From UHGV virus genome UHGV-0175251: 29,947 nucleotides of DNA. One strand, 5' to 3'. Below are positions 15,774 through 25,174 of the stretch, piece by piece. A program made the translations under genes and the position numbers. The stretch comes from a virus. The first letter of the stretch is position 1. The number at the start of each line of letters is the position of its first letter. The notes beneath the pieces were generated by a model. It saw only the letters and a program-made list of their open reading frames with translations. It had not been told where the DNA came from and searched no databases.

Positions 15774-17379
15774 TTTATCACATATTGCCGCGATGGCATT
15801 TAATGAGCCGCTTTTACTGGAACCCGCCTATGCGCGGGTTTTCTTTTGCGCACTGGGTAAGGAGATGGGGGCGGGCAACCTTGCCGTTCCGCAGCAGGCC
15901 GTTCAGCTTGATGCCGATGGTATGCAGCTGGCGGTTACCGATTATATGACTGGTGGTCCGCGTCCGGTAAAGAGTTACCAGGTGAAAAATGGTATTGCCA
16001 TTCTGCCGGTGAGCGGCACGTTGGTACATAAAATGGGTACCCTGCGGCCATATTCCGGTATGACCGGTTATGACGGTCTGACTGCCCGTCTTAAGTCAGC
16101 GGTGAACGACCCGGATGTACGCGGCATTTTACTGGATATCGACAGTCCGGGTGGTCAGGCTGCCGGGGCGTTTGACTGTGCTGACATGATTTACCGTCTG
16201 CGGGAACAGAAGCCCGTGTGGGCGCTGTGTAATGACATGGCCTGTTCAGCCGCCATGTTGCTGGCGGCGGCCTGTACGCGTCGGCTGGTCACGCAGACGG
16301 CAAAAATTGGTTCGATTGGTGTGATGATGGCGCACACCAGTTACGAGAAACAACTGGCACAGGAAGGCGTGGATATCACGCTGATTTACTCCGGGCAGCA
16401 CAAGGTTGACGGCAACAGTATTCAGGCGTTGCCGACAGGTGTGCGTGCGGATTTTCAGCGCCGTATTGATGAGGCCCGCCGGATGTTTGTCGACAAGGTG
16501 GCGCTTTATACGGGGCTGAGTTCAGAGGCGGTGATGAATACCGAGGCTGCCGTTTATGACGGTCAGGCAGGCATTGATATAGGCCTGGCTGATCAACTGA
16601 TTAATGCTGCAGATGCCGTTGATGTAATGGTTTCTGCTCTGAACGACTCTGTTACACAGGAGAATACGATGACAACAAAAAATCTCACCGTTGCTGAAGC
16701 GGTGTCCCAGGAAAATCAGCGCGTGATGGGGATCCTGAATTGTCAGGAGGCGAAAGGACGCGAAAAACTGGCGCAGATGCTGGCAGGTCAGCAGGGAATG
16801 TCAGTTGAGCAGGCAAAAACATTACTGGCGGCAGCACCGGTTGCCGGTACTGACAGCACAGGCGATCAGATTATGGCACTTCTGGAAGCAAAAGGGCGTG
16901 AACAACTGGCACGGACGCTGGCTGAACAGCCGGGAATGACGGTGGAGCAGGCGAAAACGTTACTGGCAGCGGCACCGGTTTCCGGTGCGGCAAGTACCGG
17001 CGAGCAGATTATGGCACTTCCGGAAGCAAAAGGGCGTGAACAACTCGCACAGGCGCTGGCTGAACAGCCGGGAATGACGGTGGAACAGGCGAAAATGCTA
17101 CTGGTAGCGGCACCGGCAACCGGTACGGCAAGTACCGGCGATCAAATTATTGCGTTGCCGGAAGCAAAAGGACGCGAAAAACTGGCACAGGCGCTGGCTG
17201 AACAACCTGGAATGACAGTGGAGCAGGCGAAAACGCTGCTGGCAGCTGCGCCATCAGTATCGCAACCGTCACAGGTAACACTTTTTGAGCGCTTCATGGC
17301 ACAGCATGCCGCCAGTGCCGTTTCCGGTGGCGGAACTGCCGGGAACGGGGAAGAAGAACTGCTGATGAGTATGCCGTAA
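15763..17379 (+). CDS. C: head protease/scaffold fusion protein (lambda gpC homolog)
   Basis: 538 aa. N-terminus HIAAMAFNEPLLLEPAYARVFFCAL and ILPVSGTL, PYSGMTGY, GILLDIDSPGG, GSIGVMMAH, ITLIYSGQHKVDGN match gpC. C-terminal part contains tandem scaffold repeats. Confidence 0.9.
   Translation: MRCNLSHIAAMAFNEPLLLEPAYARVFFCALGKEMGAGNLAVPQQAVQLDADGMQLAVTDYMTGGPRPVKSYQVKNGIAILPVSGTLVHKMGTLRPYSGMTGYDGLTARLKSAVNDPDVRGILLDIDSPGGQAAGAFDCADMIYRLREQKPVWALCNDMACSAAMLLAAACTRRLVTQTAKIGSIGVMMAHTSYEKQLAQEGVDITLIYSGQHKVDGNSIQALPTGVRADFQRRIDEARRMFVDKVALYTGLSSEAVMNTEAAVYDGQAGIDIGLADQLINAADAVDVMVSALNDSVTQENTMTTKNLTVAEAVSQENQRVMGILNCQEAKGREKLAQMLAGQQGMSVEQAKTLLAAAPVAGTDSTGDQIMALLEAKGREQLARTLAEQPGMTVEQAKTLLAAAPVSGAASTGEQIMALPEAKGREQLAQALAEQPGMTVEQAKMLLVAAPATGTASTGDQIIALPEAKGREKLAQALAEQPGMTVEQAKTLLAAAPSVSQPSQVTLFERFMAQHAASAVSGGGTAGNGEEELLMSMP
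16669..17379 (+). CDS. nu3: scaffold protein (Nu3-like), nested in frame in the 3' part of C
   Basis: Internal ATG at 16669 preceded by AGGAG; product carries the repeats and the GILNCQEA motif conserved with lambda Nu3. Nested start is by analogy with lambda. Confidence 0.5.
   Translation: MTTKNLTVAEAVSQENQRVMGILNCQEAKGREKLAQMLAGQQGMSVEQAKTLLAAAPVAGTDSTGDQIMALLEAKGREQLARTLAEQPGMTVEQAKTLLAAAPVSGAASTGEQIMALPEAKGREQLAQALAEQPGMTVEQAKMLLVAAPATGTASTGDQIIALPEAKGREKLAQALAEQPGMTVEQAKTLLAAAPSVSQPSQVTLFERFMAQHAASAVSGGGTAGNGEEELLMSMP
16747..17275 (+). repeat. four tandem 138-bp (46-aa) repeats within C/Nu3
   Basis: Protein repeats EAKGRE[KQ]LAQ.LAEQPGMTVEQAKTLLAAAP..G.ASTGDQIMALP occur four times (last truncated); nucleotide units begin near 16747, 16885, 17023 and 17161. 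Confidence 0.8.
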
Positions 17380-17419
17380 GCGGGGATCCGTGATTCAGAT
17401 AAATCAGGAGACTGAGAAA

Positions 17420-17755
17420 ATGATTAAAACCACCACAGAAAAGCGCGCGGACGGGCGCATTTTTGCCGGAAGCGATCCGGTATATACCGCAACAGGTACC
17501 AGTGGTATCAGTGTTGCCACGCCTTCACTGACGCCACTGATGCTGGATGACGCCAGCGGAAAACTGGTGGCATGGGATGGTCAGAAAGCCGGAACGGCTG
17601 TGGGGGTGCTGGTACTGGCGCTGGCCGGGACCGAGCCCACACTGACGTACTACAAAAGCGGTACGTTTGCCACCGAATCGCTGGTCTGGCCGGATTCGGT
17701 GGATGCGGTGAAAAAAGCCAACGCGTTTGTGGGAAGTGCCATCAGCCACGCCTGA
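17420..17755 (+). CDS. D: head decoration protein (lambda gpD homolog)
   Basis: 111 aa from ATG 17420 with AGGAG SD; TPLMLD..S.KLVAWDG and YKSGTF...AFVGSAIS match gpD. Confidence 0.9.
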   Translation: MIKTTTEKRADGRIFAGSDPVYTATGTSGISVATPSLTPLMLDDASGKLVAWDGQKAGTAVGVLVLALAGTEPTLTYYKSGTFATESLVWPDSVDAVKKANAFVGSAISHA

Positions 17756-17777
17756 TGGTGAAGTGATTAACTGAAAA

Positions 17778-17809
17778 AACGGGTCGTGATGCGGCCCGTT
17801 TGTGTTTTT
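17778..17809 (+). terminator. stem-loop between D and E (attenuator/terminator-like)
   Basis: AACGGGTCG / TGATG / CGGCCCGTT (9-bp stem with one G-U) followed by a T-rich tract. Confidence 0.5.
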
Positions 17810-17824
17810 AAAGGAAAGTCAATT

Positions 17825-18853
17825 ATGGGGTTATTTACCACGCGTCAGTTGCTCGGCTACACCGAGCAGAAAGTGAAATTCCGTGCGCTGTTTCTGGAGC
17901 TGTTTTTTCGTCGTACGGTCACTTTCCATACTCAGGAAGTGATGCTGGATAAAATCACCGGAAAAACACCGGTTGCGGCATATGTGTCTCCGGTTGTGTC
18001 AGGTAAGGTACTGCGCAGTCGTGGTGGTGAAACCCGCGTGTTACGCCCCGGCTATGTTAAACCAAAACACCGGCTGGATTATCAGCAGGCGGTGGAGCGT
18101 CTTCCGGGGGAAGATCCGGCCCGTCTTAATGACCCGGCCTACCGTCGCCTGCGTATTCTGACTGACAACCTGAAACAGGAAGAGCAAGCGATTGTGCAGG
18201 TGGAAGAAATGCAGGCGGTCAGCGCTGTTCTGCAGGGTAAGTACACCATGAGCGGTGAACAGTTTGAGACGGTGGAAGTGGATTTTGGTCGTTCTGCCGC
18301 CAATAACATTACGCAGGCAGGGGGACGCGAATGGTCAAAACAGAATGCTGACACCTTTGATCCGACGCATGATCTGGATGCGTACTGCGATTTTGCTTCC
18401 GGTACCATCAATATTGCGATTATGGACGGTACTGTCTGGCGTATGCTGAACGGTTTTAAGCTGTTTCGTGAAAAACTGGATACCCGCCGTGGCTCAAAAT
18501 CTGAACTGGAAACCGCGCTGAAAGATCTGGGTTCCGTGGTTTCTTTTAAAGGTTATTACGGTGATCTGGCCATCATGGTGGCGAAAACAACGTATGTTGA
18601 TGAAAACGGGGATGAGCAGCGTTATCTGCCGGAAGGCACACTGATTCTTGGAAACACTCAGGTGGAGGGTGTCCGTTGTTATGGCGCAATCCAGGATAAC
18701 CAGGCGCTGAGTGAAGGGATCACCTCTGCAATTCGTTATCCGAAACACTGGTTAGAGGTGGGGGACCCGGGGTGCGAATATACCATGACGCAGTCTGCGC
18801 CGTTGATGGTGTTGCCGGATCCGGACGCGTTTGTGGTAGTTCAGGTGAAATAA
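17825..18853 (+). CDS. E: major capsid protein (lambda gpE homolog)
   Basis: ATG at 17825; AAYVSPVVSGKVLRSRGG, PGYVKPKH, QVEEMQAVSAVLQGKYTMSGEQFE and NITQAGGREWSK match lambda gpE closely. Confidence 0.95.
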   Translation: MGLFTTRQLLGYTEQKVKFRALFLELFFRRTVTFHTQEVMLDKITGKTPVAAYVSPVVSGKVLRSRGGETRVLRPGYVKPKHRLDYQQAVERLPGEDPARLNDPAYRRLRILTDNLKQEEQAIVQVEEMQAVSAVLQGKYTMSGEQFETVEVDFGRSAANNITQAGGREWSKQNADTFDPTHDLDAYCDFASGTINIAIMDGTVWRMLNGFKLFREKLDTRRGSKSELETALKDLGSVVSFKGYYGDLAIMVAKTTYVDENGDEQRYLPEGTLILGNTQVEGVRCYGAIQDNQALSEGITSAIRYPKHWLEVGDPGCEYTMTQSAPLMVLPDPDAFVVVQVK

Positions 18854-18858
18854 GGTCA

Positions 18859-18884
18859 GGCGGGATATTCCCGCCTTTTTCTTT
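18859..18884 (+). terminator. rho-independent terminator after E
   Basis: GGCGGGA / TAT / TCCCGCC followed by TTTTTCTTT. Confidence 0.75.
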
Positions 18885-18903
18885 ATCGCACAGGAGAGAT
18901 GTG

Positions 18904-19284
18904 ATGACAAAAGAAGAAATAACAGCGCGTCTTCAGGAGCTGGCGGCAGTACTCGGGCGCGATGCCGATATTTCAGGCTCTAAAGCTGATCTTGAACAAC
19001 GTCTGGCGGAGTGGGAAGAAGAATTAAGTGATGGTTCAGACGGCCTGTATAAGGATGATGAAGAACCACAACAAAAAAACGAAACACGATCCGAACGTGG
19101 GGAGAGTGAGAACCGAAATTCTGTGGATATGGTCATGGTCAAAGCTGTGGTGATGTTACATGTCAATGCACTCCACGCCACACGGGATAACCCCGTGGCA
19201 TTTGTACGTCCGGGAGAAGTGTTTCGTGTATCTGCCGTGGTGGCAGCCAGCATGGTAGAAAGTGGCCTCGTGAAAATGTGTTGA
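18904..19284 (+). CDS. FI: DNA packaging/head assembly protein (lambda gpFI homolog)
   Basis: 126 aa; MTKEEITARL... and VMLHVNALHATRDNPVAFVRPGEVFRVSA match gpFI. Confidence 0.85.
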   Translation: MTKEEITARLQELAAVLGRDADISGSKADLEQRLAEWEEELSDGSDGLYKDDEEPQQKNETRSERGESENRNSVDMVMVKAVVMLHVNALHATRDNPVAFVRPGEVFRVSAVVAASMVESGLVKMC

Positions 19285-19297
19285 ATGTGGGGGAAAG

Positions 19298-19672
19298 GTG
19301 GCAGATTTCGATAATCCGTTTGATGCCGCCGTCGCCATGGCTGACGAGGTCATTCTTTGTCATATGGGGATTACGGCGGTAATTACGTCCGGTCAGCTTG
19401 AAGGAAAAACACTCAGGGGTGTTTTTGATGATCCTGAAAAAATTTCGTTCGTTGCCGGAGGAGTACGGTTTGAAGATTCTTCACCGTCTTTGTTTGTGAA
19501 AACAGCAGATATTACGGGACTGCGCCGTCTGGATACGCTGGAGGTTGGTGGGGATCTTTTTCGGGTGGATCGCATTACTCAGGACGACGGGGGATGCTGT
19601 TATATCCGCCTGCAACGGTGTGACAGTTCCCGGGGTGATATCAGTACGGGGCGATATTATGAAAGGTCTTGA
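19298..19672 (+). CDS. FII: head-tail connector protein (lambda gpFII homolog)
   Basis: (M)ADFDNPFDAA...GVFDDPEKIS...SSPSLFVKT...DDGG matches gpFII. GTG start; 3' end overlaps Z. Confidence 0.85.
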   Translation: MADFDNPFDAAVAMADEVILCHMGITAVITSGQLEGKTLRGVFDDPEKISFVAGGVRFEDSSPSLFVKTADITGLRRLDTLEVGGDLFRVDRITQDDGGCCYIRLQRCDSSRGDISTGRYYERS

Positions 19673-20249
19673 AAACGCCATCCGTAATCTGGACATCCTT
19701 GATACCCGTATGGTGCCACAGGCCAGCGCCTGGGCAATAAATCGTGTGGCACAGAAAGCCATTTCTCAGGCTACCCGACAGGTTGCCCGCGATACCGTAG
19801 CCGGTGATAACCAGATGAAGGGGATCCCCCTGAAACTGGTCAGGGGGCGCGTCAGGATGCTGAGTGCCAGCCCTTCCGGAAAAATGTATGCCAGGATCCG
19901 CATTAACCGTGGCAACCTTCCCGCCATCAAACTGAACACAACGCGACGGCGTGCCGGTGACGGGCTGAGGGTGGGGAAATATTTTTTCCGTGGCGCGTTT
20001 ATCCGGCAACTGGCGAATGGTCGCTGGCATGTTCTGAGACGTCTTCCTGAAGCGCGTTTCGCAACAGGGCGCGACCATCAGGGCAGACCGAAAAAAAATC
20101 GTCTACCTGTGGAGGTTGTGAAAATCCCGCTGGCCGGAGCGCTGACACAGGCATTTGAGGATGCCCGTAAAAGCGTCATTGATAACGAGATGCCGAAACA
20201 GCTGGGGTATGCCCTGAAACACCAACTGAGGTTATATCTGACCCGATGA
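19659..20249 (+). CDS. Z: tail completion protein (lambda gpZ homolog)
   Basis: MKGLENAIRNL...AINRVAQKAISQA...GAFIRQLANGRWHV...VVKIP...LGYALKHQLR matches gpZ. Confidence 0.85.
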   Translation: MKGLENAIRNLDILDTRMVPQASAWAINRVAQKAISQATRQVARDTVAGDNQMKGIPLKLVRGRVRMLSASPSGKMYARIRINRGNLPAIKLNTTRRRAGDGLRVGKYFFRGAFIRQLANGRWHVLRRLPEARFATGRDHQGRPKKNRLPVEVVKIPLAGALTQAFEDARKSVIDNEMPKQLGYALKHQLRLYLTR

Positions 20250-20647
20250 ACCGACACACACAAATTCGTCAGGCCGTATTGTCGCGCCTGAAAACGACGT
20301 GCGGGGAGAAGACCGTCCTGTTTGACGGCCTTCCTGCCTTTATTGATGCGCAGGAGCTGCCTGCCGTGGCGGTGTGGCTGAGTGATGCACAGTACACCGG
20401 AAAAATGACGGATGAGGATGACTGGCTGGCAGTTCTGCATGTCGCCGTCTTTATCCGCGCACAGGCACCGGATTCTGATCTGGATACGTGGATGGACAAC
20501 ATTATTTACCCGGCACTGGAGGATATTCCGGCGCTTTACGGCCTTATCGATACCATGATCCCACGGGGATTTAACTATCAGCGTGATAACGATATGGCAA
20601 CATGGGCGATGGCGGAAATCACGTATCAAATCACATATACAAATTAA
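20246..20647 (+). CDS. U: tail terminator protein (lambda gpU homolog)
   Basis: 133 aa; LPAVAVWLSDAQYTG, PDSDLDTWM and ITYQITY match gpU. ATGA overlap with the Z stop. Confidence 0.9.
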   Translation: MNRHTQIRQAVLSRLKTTCGEKTVLFDGLPAFIDAQELPAVAVWLSDAQYTGKMTDEDDWLAVLHVAVFIRAQAPDSDLDTWMDNIIYPALEDIPALYGLIDTMIPRGFNYQRDNDMATWAMAEITYQITYTN

Positions 20648-20657
20648 GGGGTGGGAA

Positions 20658-21398
20658 ATGACGACACCGAATCCACTTGAAAAAATGAAAGGGGCGGGGA
20701 CGACGTTCTGGATGTATACCGGCAAGGGCGACGCATTTGCGAATCCTTTGTCAGATACGGACTGGCTGCGCCTCGCGATGGTGAAGGATCTGCAGCCGGG
20801 GGAAATGACTGCAGATGCGGAAGATGACGATTATCTCGATGATGAAAATGCTGACTGGAAAACGACAACTCAGGGGCAAAAATCTGTTGGTGATACATCC
20901 GCGACGCTGGCCTGGCGTCCGGGTGACAGCGGACAGAAAAAACTGATTCAGTTGTTTGATTCCGGTGAAGTTCGTGCATTCCGCATTAAATACCCTAACG
21001 GTACCGTTGATGTGTTCCGCGGCTGGCTGAGTTCGCTGGGTAAAACCATTACGTCAAAAGATGTGATGACCCGTACGGTTAAAATCAGCGGTGTGGGGCG
21101 TCCGTATCTGGCTGAGGAGGGGACTGAAATTGTGGGGGTGACCGGGCTGACAGTAATGCCGGTTTCCGCCAGTGTCAGAGTGGGGGCAACGACGACGCTG
21201 ACATTCAGCACAGTACCGGAAGATGCTTCTGATAAAACGGTGAGCGTGGCGTCATCATCTCCTGATATCGCCACGGTTACGCTGAGTGGCATGGTGGCCA
21301 CGGTGAAAGGTGTGAAAGCGGGCAGCACCTCGATTGTGGGGATGACTGCGGGTGGTGCGCAGGTTGCTGTGGCCGGTATTACCGTTAATGGTGATTAA
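20658..21398 (+). CDS. V: major tail protein (lambda gpV homolog) with C-terminal Ig-like domain
   Basis: MTTPNPLEKMKGAGTTFWMY...ANPLSDTDW...YPNGTVDVFRGW match gpV; C-terminal Big_2-like segment. Confidence 0.9.
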   Translation: MTTPNPLEKMKGAGTTFWMYTGKGDAFANPLSDTDWLRLAMVKDLQPGEMTADAEDDDYLDDENADWKTTTQGQKSVGDTSATLAWRPGDSGQKKLIQLFDSGEVRAFRIKYPNGTVDVFRGWLSSLGKTITSKDVMTRTVKISGVGRPYLAEEGTEIVGVTGLTVMPVSASVRVGATTTLTFSTVPEDASDKTVSVASSSPDIATVTLSGMVATVKGVKAGSTSIVGMTAGGAQVAVAGITVNGD

Positions 21399-21416
21399 CC
21401 TGGCAGTCTGTTTTTT

Positions 21417-21440
21417 ACCCCGGTATGCCGGGGTTTTTTG
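21417..21440 (+). terminator. hairpin with T-run after V
   Basis: ACCCCGG / TATG / CCGGGGT followed by TTTTTT; also preceded by a T-run. Confidence 0.65.
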
Positions 21441-21454
21441 TTTACGGAGGGGAC

Positions 21455-21844
21455 ATGTTTCTGAAACAGGACACATTTAACTACGGTAATCAGTCTGTGG
21501 TACTGACGGAATTATCCGGACTTCAGCGGGTGGAGTATCTGGCGTTTGTCCAGAAACGGACAGCTGAGTTTGACGCCCTGGATGATGCCATGCCGGTGGC
21601 GGATCGTCAGATTGAATTTCTGCGTATGGGGATGGATATCAATGCCTGGCTGGTTTCCCGGTCAATGTGGAATACGGACCCGTCACAGGATGTGGATGCG
21701 CTGAATGAGGATGTAAAAAACACCTGGTCTTATGACGCGCTTGGCGACGGGGGCAGTCTGGTTTTATCCCTGAGTGGTATGCCGGTCTCCACCGGTGATG
21801 TTCAGAACGGTGAACAGGTTCCCCTGACACCGGAAAAGTCCTGA
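21455..21844 (+). CDS. G: tail assembly chaperone (lambda gpG homolog)
   Basis: MFLKQDTFNYGNQSVVLTELSGLQRVEYLAF parallels lambda gpG. Confidence 0.85.
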   Translation: MFLKQDTFNYGNQSVVLTELSGLQRVEYLAFVQKRTAEFDALDDAMPVADRQIEFLRMGMDINAWLVSRSMWNTDPSQDVDALNEDVKNTWSYDALGDGGSLVLSLSGMPVSTGDVQNGEQVPLTPEKS

Positions 21845-22167
21845 CGCGGGAGATGCAGTTTGTGATGCAGCTTGCCCGTGAGTTCCGGCGGGCAGACTGG
21901 CGGCGGATGTTATCAGAAATGTCAGCGTCAGAACTGGGCGAATGGGGGGATTTCTTCCGGAAGCAGAGTTTCGGGGATATCTGGCTGGATGCACAGATTT
22001 CCACACTGAAGTCGCTGATGGTTCAGATGGTGTCCGGTGAACGTATTCCGGCGGATGATTTCAGTCTGGTTACGGATGACAGGGTGATCCCTGAACGCAC
22101 GGATGAAGAGCTGATGCATCTGGGGGAAGGTATATCGGGAGGAATGAGATTTGGACCAGATTGCTGA
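21835..22167 (+). CDS. T: T portion of the G-T tail assembly chaperone, expressed by -1 frameshift from G
   Basis: The -1 frame is open from 21814 to 22167 and overlaps the 3' end of G. Likely slip region CCGGAAAAG (21830-21838), which is not the canonical lambda GGGAAAG. Confidence 0.6.
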   Translation, partial: KVLTREMQFVMQLAREFRRADWRRMLSEMSASELGEWGDFFRKQSFGDIWLDAQISTLKSLMVQMVSGERIPADDFSLVTDDRVIPERTDEELMHLGEGISGGMRFGPDC

Positions 22168-25100
22168 CCTTGTCATTGATTTAAGCATTGATACCGCCGA
22201 TTTTAAAGAGCAGCTTCCGCGTGTAAAAAATCTGCTGAATGGTACAGCAAGGGAGGCGGAGCGGGCCGAAGCCCGTATGAAACGGTTTGAGGAAAGTCAG
22301 AAACAGGCTGCCAGCGCGACGGTGATACAGACTCAGGCCGTGGTGAAGCATGCGCAGGGGCATGTTTCGCTGGCGGAAGATGTGGAAAGGGCGCGCCTGC
22401 GGATGGAGGCCCTGAGTCGTCAGATGCGGGAGGAGCAGGTTCAGGCGGCTGCGCTGGCTGCGGCGCAGGATAAGATGGCTGCCGCATTTTATCGTCAGAT
22501 CGACAGCGTAAAACAGGCCAGTGCGGGGCTGCAGGAGTTACAGCGTATTCAGCAGCAGATCCGACAGGCCAGAAACAGTGGCGGGATTGCTCAGCAGGAT
22601 TATCTGGCCCTGATTTCTGAGGTGACAGCGAAAACCCGCGTTCTGACACAGGCAGAGGAAACGGCCACCCGCCAGAAAACCGCATTTATTCGTCAGCTGA
22701 AAGAACAGACAAGTCGCCAGAAAATGACCACGACGGAACTGCTTCGGGCAAAGGCGGCACAACTTGGGTGCAGCAGTGCCGCGGAGGTGTACATCCGTAA
22801 AATGGAGAAAGCCGGAAACACCACACATTCGCTGGGACTGAAAAGTGCGGCAGCCCGTCGGGAGCTGGGGGTCATGATTGGTGAGCTGGCGCGAGGTAAT
22901 TTCGGTGCGCTTCGTGGCTCCGGGATCACCCTGGCTAACCGTGCCGGCTGGATTGATAAATTAATGACTCCGAAAGGCCTGGCGGTGGGGGGAGTTATCG
23001 GAGGGATCACTGCTGCGGTTATTGGTCTGGGTAAAGCCTGGATGGAGGGGCAGGAAGAAGGCGAAGCCTTTAACCGGCAGCTTGAGCTCACCGGACACTA
23101 TGCCGGTGTGACAGCCGGGCAGTTGTGGGCGCTCAGTAAAAATCTTTCCGGTAATGGCATCACGCAACATGCCATGGCGGGGTCACTGGCGCAGGTAGTG
23201 GGGAGCGGTGCATTTCACGGTAACGATATTGGTATGGTGGCGAAAGCTGCCGCACAGATGGAACGCTCGGTAGGGCAGTCTGTCAGTGACACCATCAGTC
23301 AGTTTAAACGGCTGAAGGATGATCCGGTCAGTGCTGCGAAGGCGCTGGATGATGAACTGCATTTTCTGACAGCCACCCAGCTTGAACAGATCCGTGTGCT
23401 CGGAGAGCAGGGGCGCACCAGTGACGCAGCCCGGATAGCCATGTCTGCACTGGCAGAGGAAACCGGTAAACGTACGTCGGATATTGATAATAACCTCAAT
23501 GCGCTGGGCAGTACGCTGCAAACCTTGTCTGACTGGTGGAAGCAGTTCTGGGATGCGGCCATGAACATTGGTCGGGAAGATTCCCTTGATGCGCAGATTG
23601 CGTCGCTGCAGGAAAAAATTCAGCGGGCGAAGAAATTTCCGTGGACTAAGGCGTCCACCACGGGGGAATACGATCAGCAACAACTGGATGCGCTGCAAGA
23701 GCGAAAACGCCAGCAGGATTTGCAGGATGCAAAAGAGCAGGCTGAGCGAAATTATCAGGAGCAGCAGAAACGCCGGAATGCTGAAAATGCCGCGCTGAAC
23801 CGGATGAACGAAACGGAAGCAGCACGACATCAGCGTGAAATTGCGCGTATTAATGCCATGCAGTACGCCGATCAGGCGGTCAGGGACGCAGCGATACAGC
23901 GTGAAAATGAACGTTACGAAAAAGCCATTAAGAAAAAAACGCCTGCCACCCGTAATGATGAGGCCACCCGGCTATTACTGCAGTACAGCCAGCAACAGGC
24001 GCAGGTGGAGGGACAGATTGCCGCCGCCAGACAGTCAGCGGGCATGGCTACTGAAAGGATGACAGAAGCGCATAAACAGCTTCTGGCCCTTCAGCAGCGT
24101 ATCAGCGATTTAGCCGGTAAAAAACTGACAGCAGATGAAAAAAGTGTACTGGCTCACAAGGATGAGCTGATTCAGGCACTGACGCTGCTGGATGCAAAAC
24201 AGCAGGAGCTGCAGAAGCAGACTGCCCTCAATGACCTGAAGAAAAAGACCATTCAGCTGACCAGTCAACTGGCTGAGGAAGAGCGCGCACAGCGTCAGCA
24301 ACACGATCTGGACGTTGCCATGGCAGGAATGGGCGATCAGCAACGGCAGCGGTACCAGTCGCAGTTGCGTCTACGACAGCAGTACCAGCAACAGCTGGAG
24401 CAACTTGAACGGGACAGTAAGCAGAAAGGCTCGTATGGTTCTGACGCATACCGGAAGGCTGAACAGACGCTGACAGACAGTCTGAACCGGAAACTGAATG
24501 AGAATCGCCGCTACTGGCAACAGATGGATGCTGCGCAGGGGGAGTGGAGAAACGGTACAAAACGCGCGTTCATGAATTTTACTGCCGACGCGGATAATGC
24601 TGCCGGGACTGCAGAACAGATGTTTATGTCTGCTTTCAGTAGTATGGGAAATGGTCTGGCAACTTTTGTTACCACCGGCAAACTCAATTTCAAATCTTTC
24701 ACCTCATCTGTGCTGTCAGATATGGCAAAAATTCTGGCGCAGGCAACCATGATGAAGGCTGTCAAAGGGATTGGCAGTGTGATGGGGTTTGATTTCGGTG
24801 ATGTGAAAACCAATGCAGAAGGTGGTGTTTATCAGTCTGCTGATTTGAGTCGCTACAGTGGCACGGTGGTTAACCGTCCGACGTTTTTTGCTTTTGCAAA
24901 AGGCGCGGGGGTGATGGGTGAAGCGGGGCCTGAGGCTATCCTGCCCTTGCGCAGGGGGGCTGACGGTAAGCTGGGTGTTGTGGCAGCGACCTGTGGTTCG
25001 GGGATGGTGATGTTTGCGCCGCAGTACAACATCGAGATCAATAATGATGGCCAGAACGGACAGATTGGGCCGGAAGTCATGCAGGCGGTTTACAACCTGG

Positions 25101-25174
25101 GGAAAAGGGCTGCAGAAGATTTTATGCAACAACAGTCCCGTGATGGCGGGCAGTTAAGCGGAGTATACCGGTGA
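22151..25174 (+). CDS. H: tail tape measure protein (lambda gpH homolog)
   Basis: 1007 aa, TTG start after a GGGAGGA SD. N-terminus DLVIDLSIDTADFKEQL and C-terminus INNDGQNGQIGPEVMQAVYNLGKRAAEDF...RDGG match gpH. Confidence 0.9.
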   Translation: MDQIADLVIDLSIDTADFKEQLPRVKNLLNGTAREAERAEARMKRFEESQKQAASATVIQTQAVVKHAQGHVSLAEDVERARLRMEALSRQMREEQVQAAALAAAQDKMAAAFYRQIDSVKQASAGLQELQRIQQQIRQARNSGGIAQQDYLALISEVTAKTRVLTQAEETATRQKTAFIRQLKEQTSRQKMTTTELLRAKAAQLGCSSAAEVYIRKMEKAGNTTHSLGLKSAAARRELGVMIGELARGNFGALRGSGITLANRAGWIDKLMTPKGLAVGGVIGGITAAVIGLGKAWMEGQEEGEAFNRQLELTGHYAGVTAGQLWALSKNLSGNGITQHAMAGSLAQVVGSGAFHGNDIGMVAKAAAQMERSVGQSVSDTISQFKRLKDDPVSAAKALDDELHFLTATQLEQIRVLGEQGRTSDAARIAMSALAEETGKRTSDIDNNLNALGSTLQTLSDWWKQFWDAAMNIGREDSLDAQIASLQEKIQRAKKFPWTKASTTGEYDQQQLDALQERKRQQDLQDAKEQAERNYQEQQKRRNAENAALNRMNETEAARHQREIARINAMQYADQAVRDAAIQRENERYEKAIKKKTPATRNDEATRLLLQYSQQQAQVEGQIAAARQSAGMATERMTEAHKQLLALQQRISDLAGKKLTADEKSVLAHKDELIQALTLLDAKQQELQKQTALNDLKKKTIQLTSQLAEEERAQRQQHDLDVAMAGMGDQQRQRYQSQLRLRQQYQQQLEQLERDSKQKGSYGSDAYRKAEQTLTDSLNRKLNENRRYWQQMDAAQGEWRNGTKRAFMNFTADADNAAGTAEQMFMSAFSSMGNGLATFVTTGKLNFKSFTSSVLSDMAKILAQATMMKAVKGIGSVMGFDFGDVKTNAEGGVYQSADLSRYSGTVVNRPTFFAFAKGAGVMGEAGPEAILPLRRGADGKLGVVAATCGSGMVMFAPQYNIEINNDGQNGQIGPEVMQAVYNLGKRAAEDFMQQQSRDGGQLSGVYR

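Noticed and set aside
22203-23830. Minus-strand ORFs (160 and 215 aa) inside tape measure gene H
   Set aside because: Antisense to H; repetitive Pro/Ala/Leu-rich translations mirror the biased composition of the H coding strand.
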